Positions 63,926 to 64,000 of a stretch of 64,000 nucleotides of DNA are shown here, piece by piece. The notes beneath the pieces are model-generated. The model ran no database searches. It was given only the letters and a program-made list of their open reading frames with translations, and was not told where the DNA came from. The stretch covers positions 119,104,001 through 119,168,000 of the forward strand of contig NC_087436.1 of the NCBI RefSeq assembly GCF_036321535.1, read 5' to 3'. Position 1 is the first letter of the stretch; each line of letters opens with the position of its first letter. A program made the position numbers and the translations under genes. The stretch is from Camelus dromedarius. Lineage: Eukaryota.

Positions 63926-64000
63926 AGCCTCTAAACATCACTGAGCATTTACTAGGTAACCATACACTGTACTCAATGTGCTCCATTATAATTGTCTCAA

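Noticed and set aside
63020..63927. Val/Met-rich 'membrane' ORFs and Thr/Pro/His-rich 'mucin-like' ORFs
   Set aside because: Translations of the GGT/GAT low-complexity array.
59950..64000. Search for MAN2B2 exons 1-3 (HSHMDVGW; GGQVMHDEA)
   Set aside because: No matching sequence found by eye. They presumably lie beyond the window edge, so their absence is not evidence of truncation.

Overview
This is mammalian genomic DNA, not prokaryotic. The L1 3'-UTR type, a Tigger1-derived element and the absence of recognisable Alu, PRE-1, CHR or Bov SINEs suggest a cetartiodactyl, possibly a camelid (inference). Two genes lie on the minus strand. (1) PPP2R2C (PP2A B55-gamma): the first coding exon (6064-6133, [23 protein letters not shown]) sits in a CpG island with CGG/GCC repeats and several upstream ORFs, and intron 1 runs off the left edge. 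(2) A MAN2B2-type GH38 alpha-mannosidase: 16 coding exons (equivalent to human exons 4-19; 59949 to 31992) with GT-AG junctions and consistent phases, giving about 865 aa, intact catalytic and Zn motifs, and AATAAA at 31865-31870. Exons 1-3 were not found and presumably lie beyond the right edge. Main oddities: MAN2B2 points towards PPP2R2C (tandem), whereas I recall human and mouse being head-to-head, suggesting an inversion or inverted paralog; exon 5 is 27 nt shorter, through a new internal splice donor with a decayed remnant of the lost sequence behind it; and an orphan CpG island with NRF1 and CLEAR-like motifs lies about 1 kb past the MAN2B2 poly(A) signal. The rest is intronic or intergenic DNA with L1, L2, MIR, MaLR/ERV LTR and DNA transposon relics. 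Most ORF-track entries are spurious. Comparisons with human, mouse and pig are from memory and need database confirmation.
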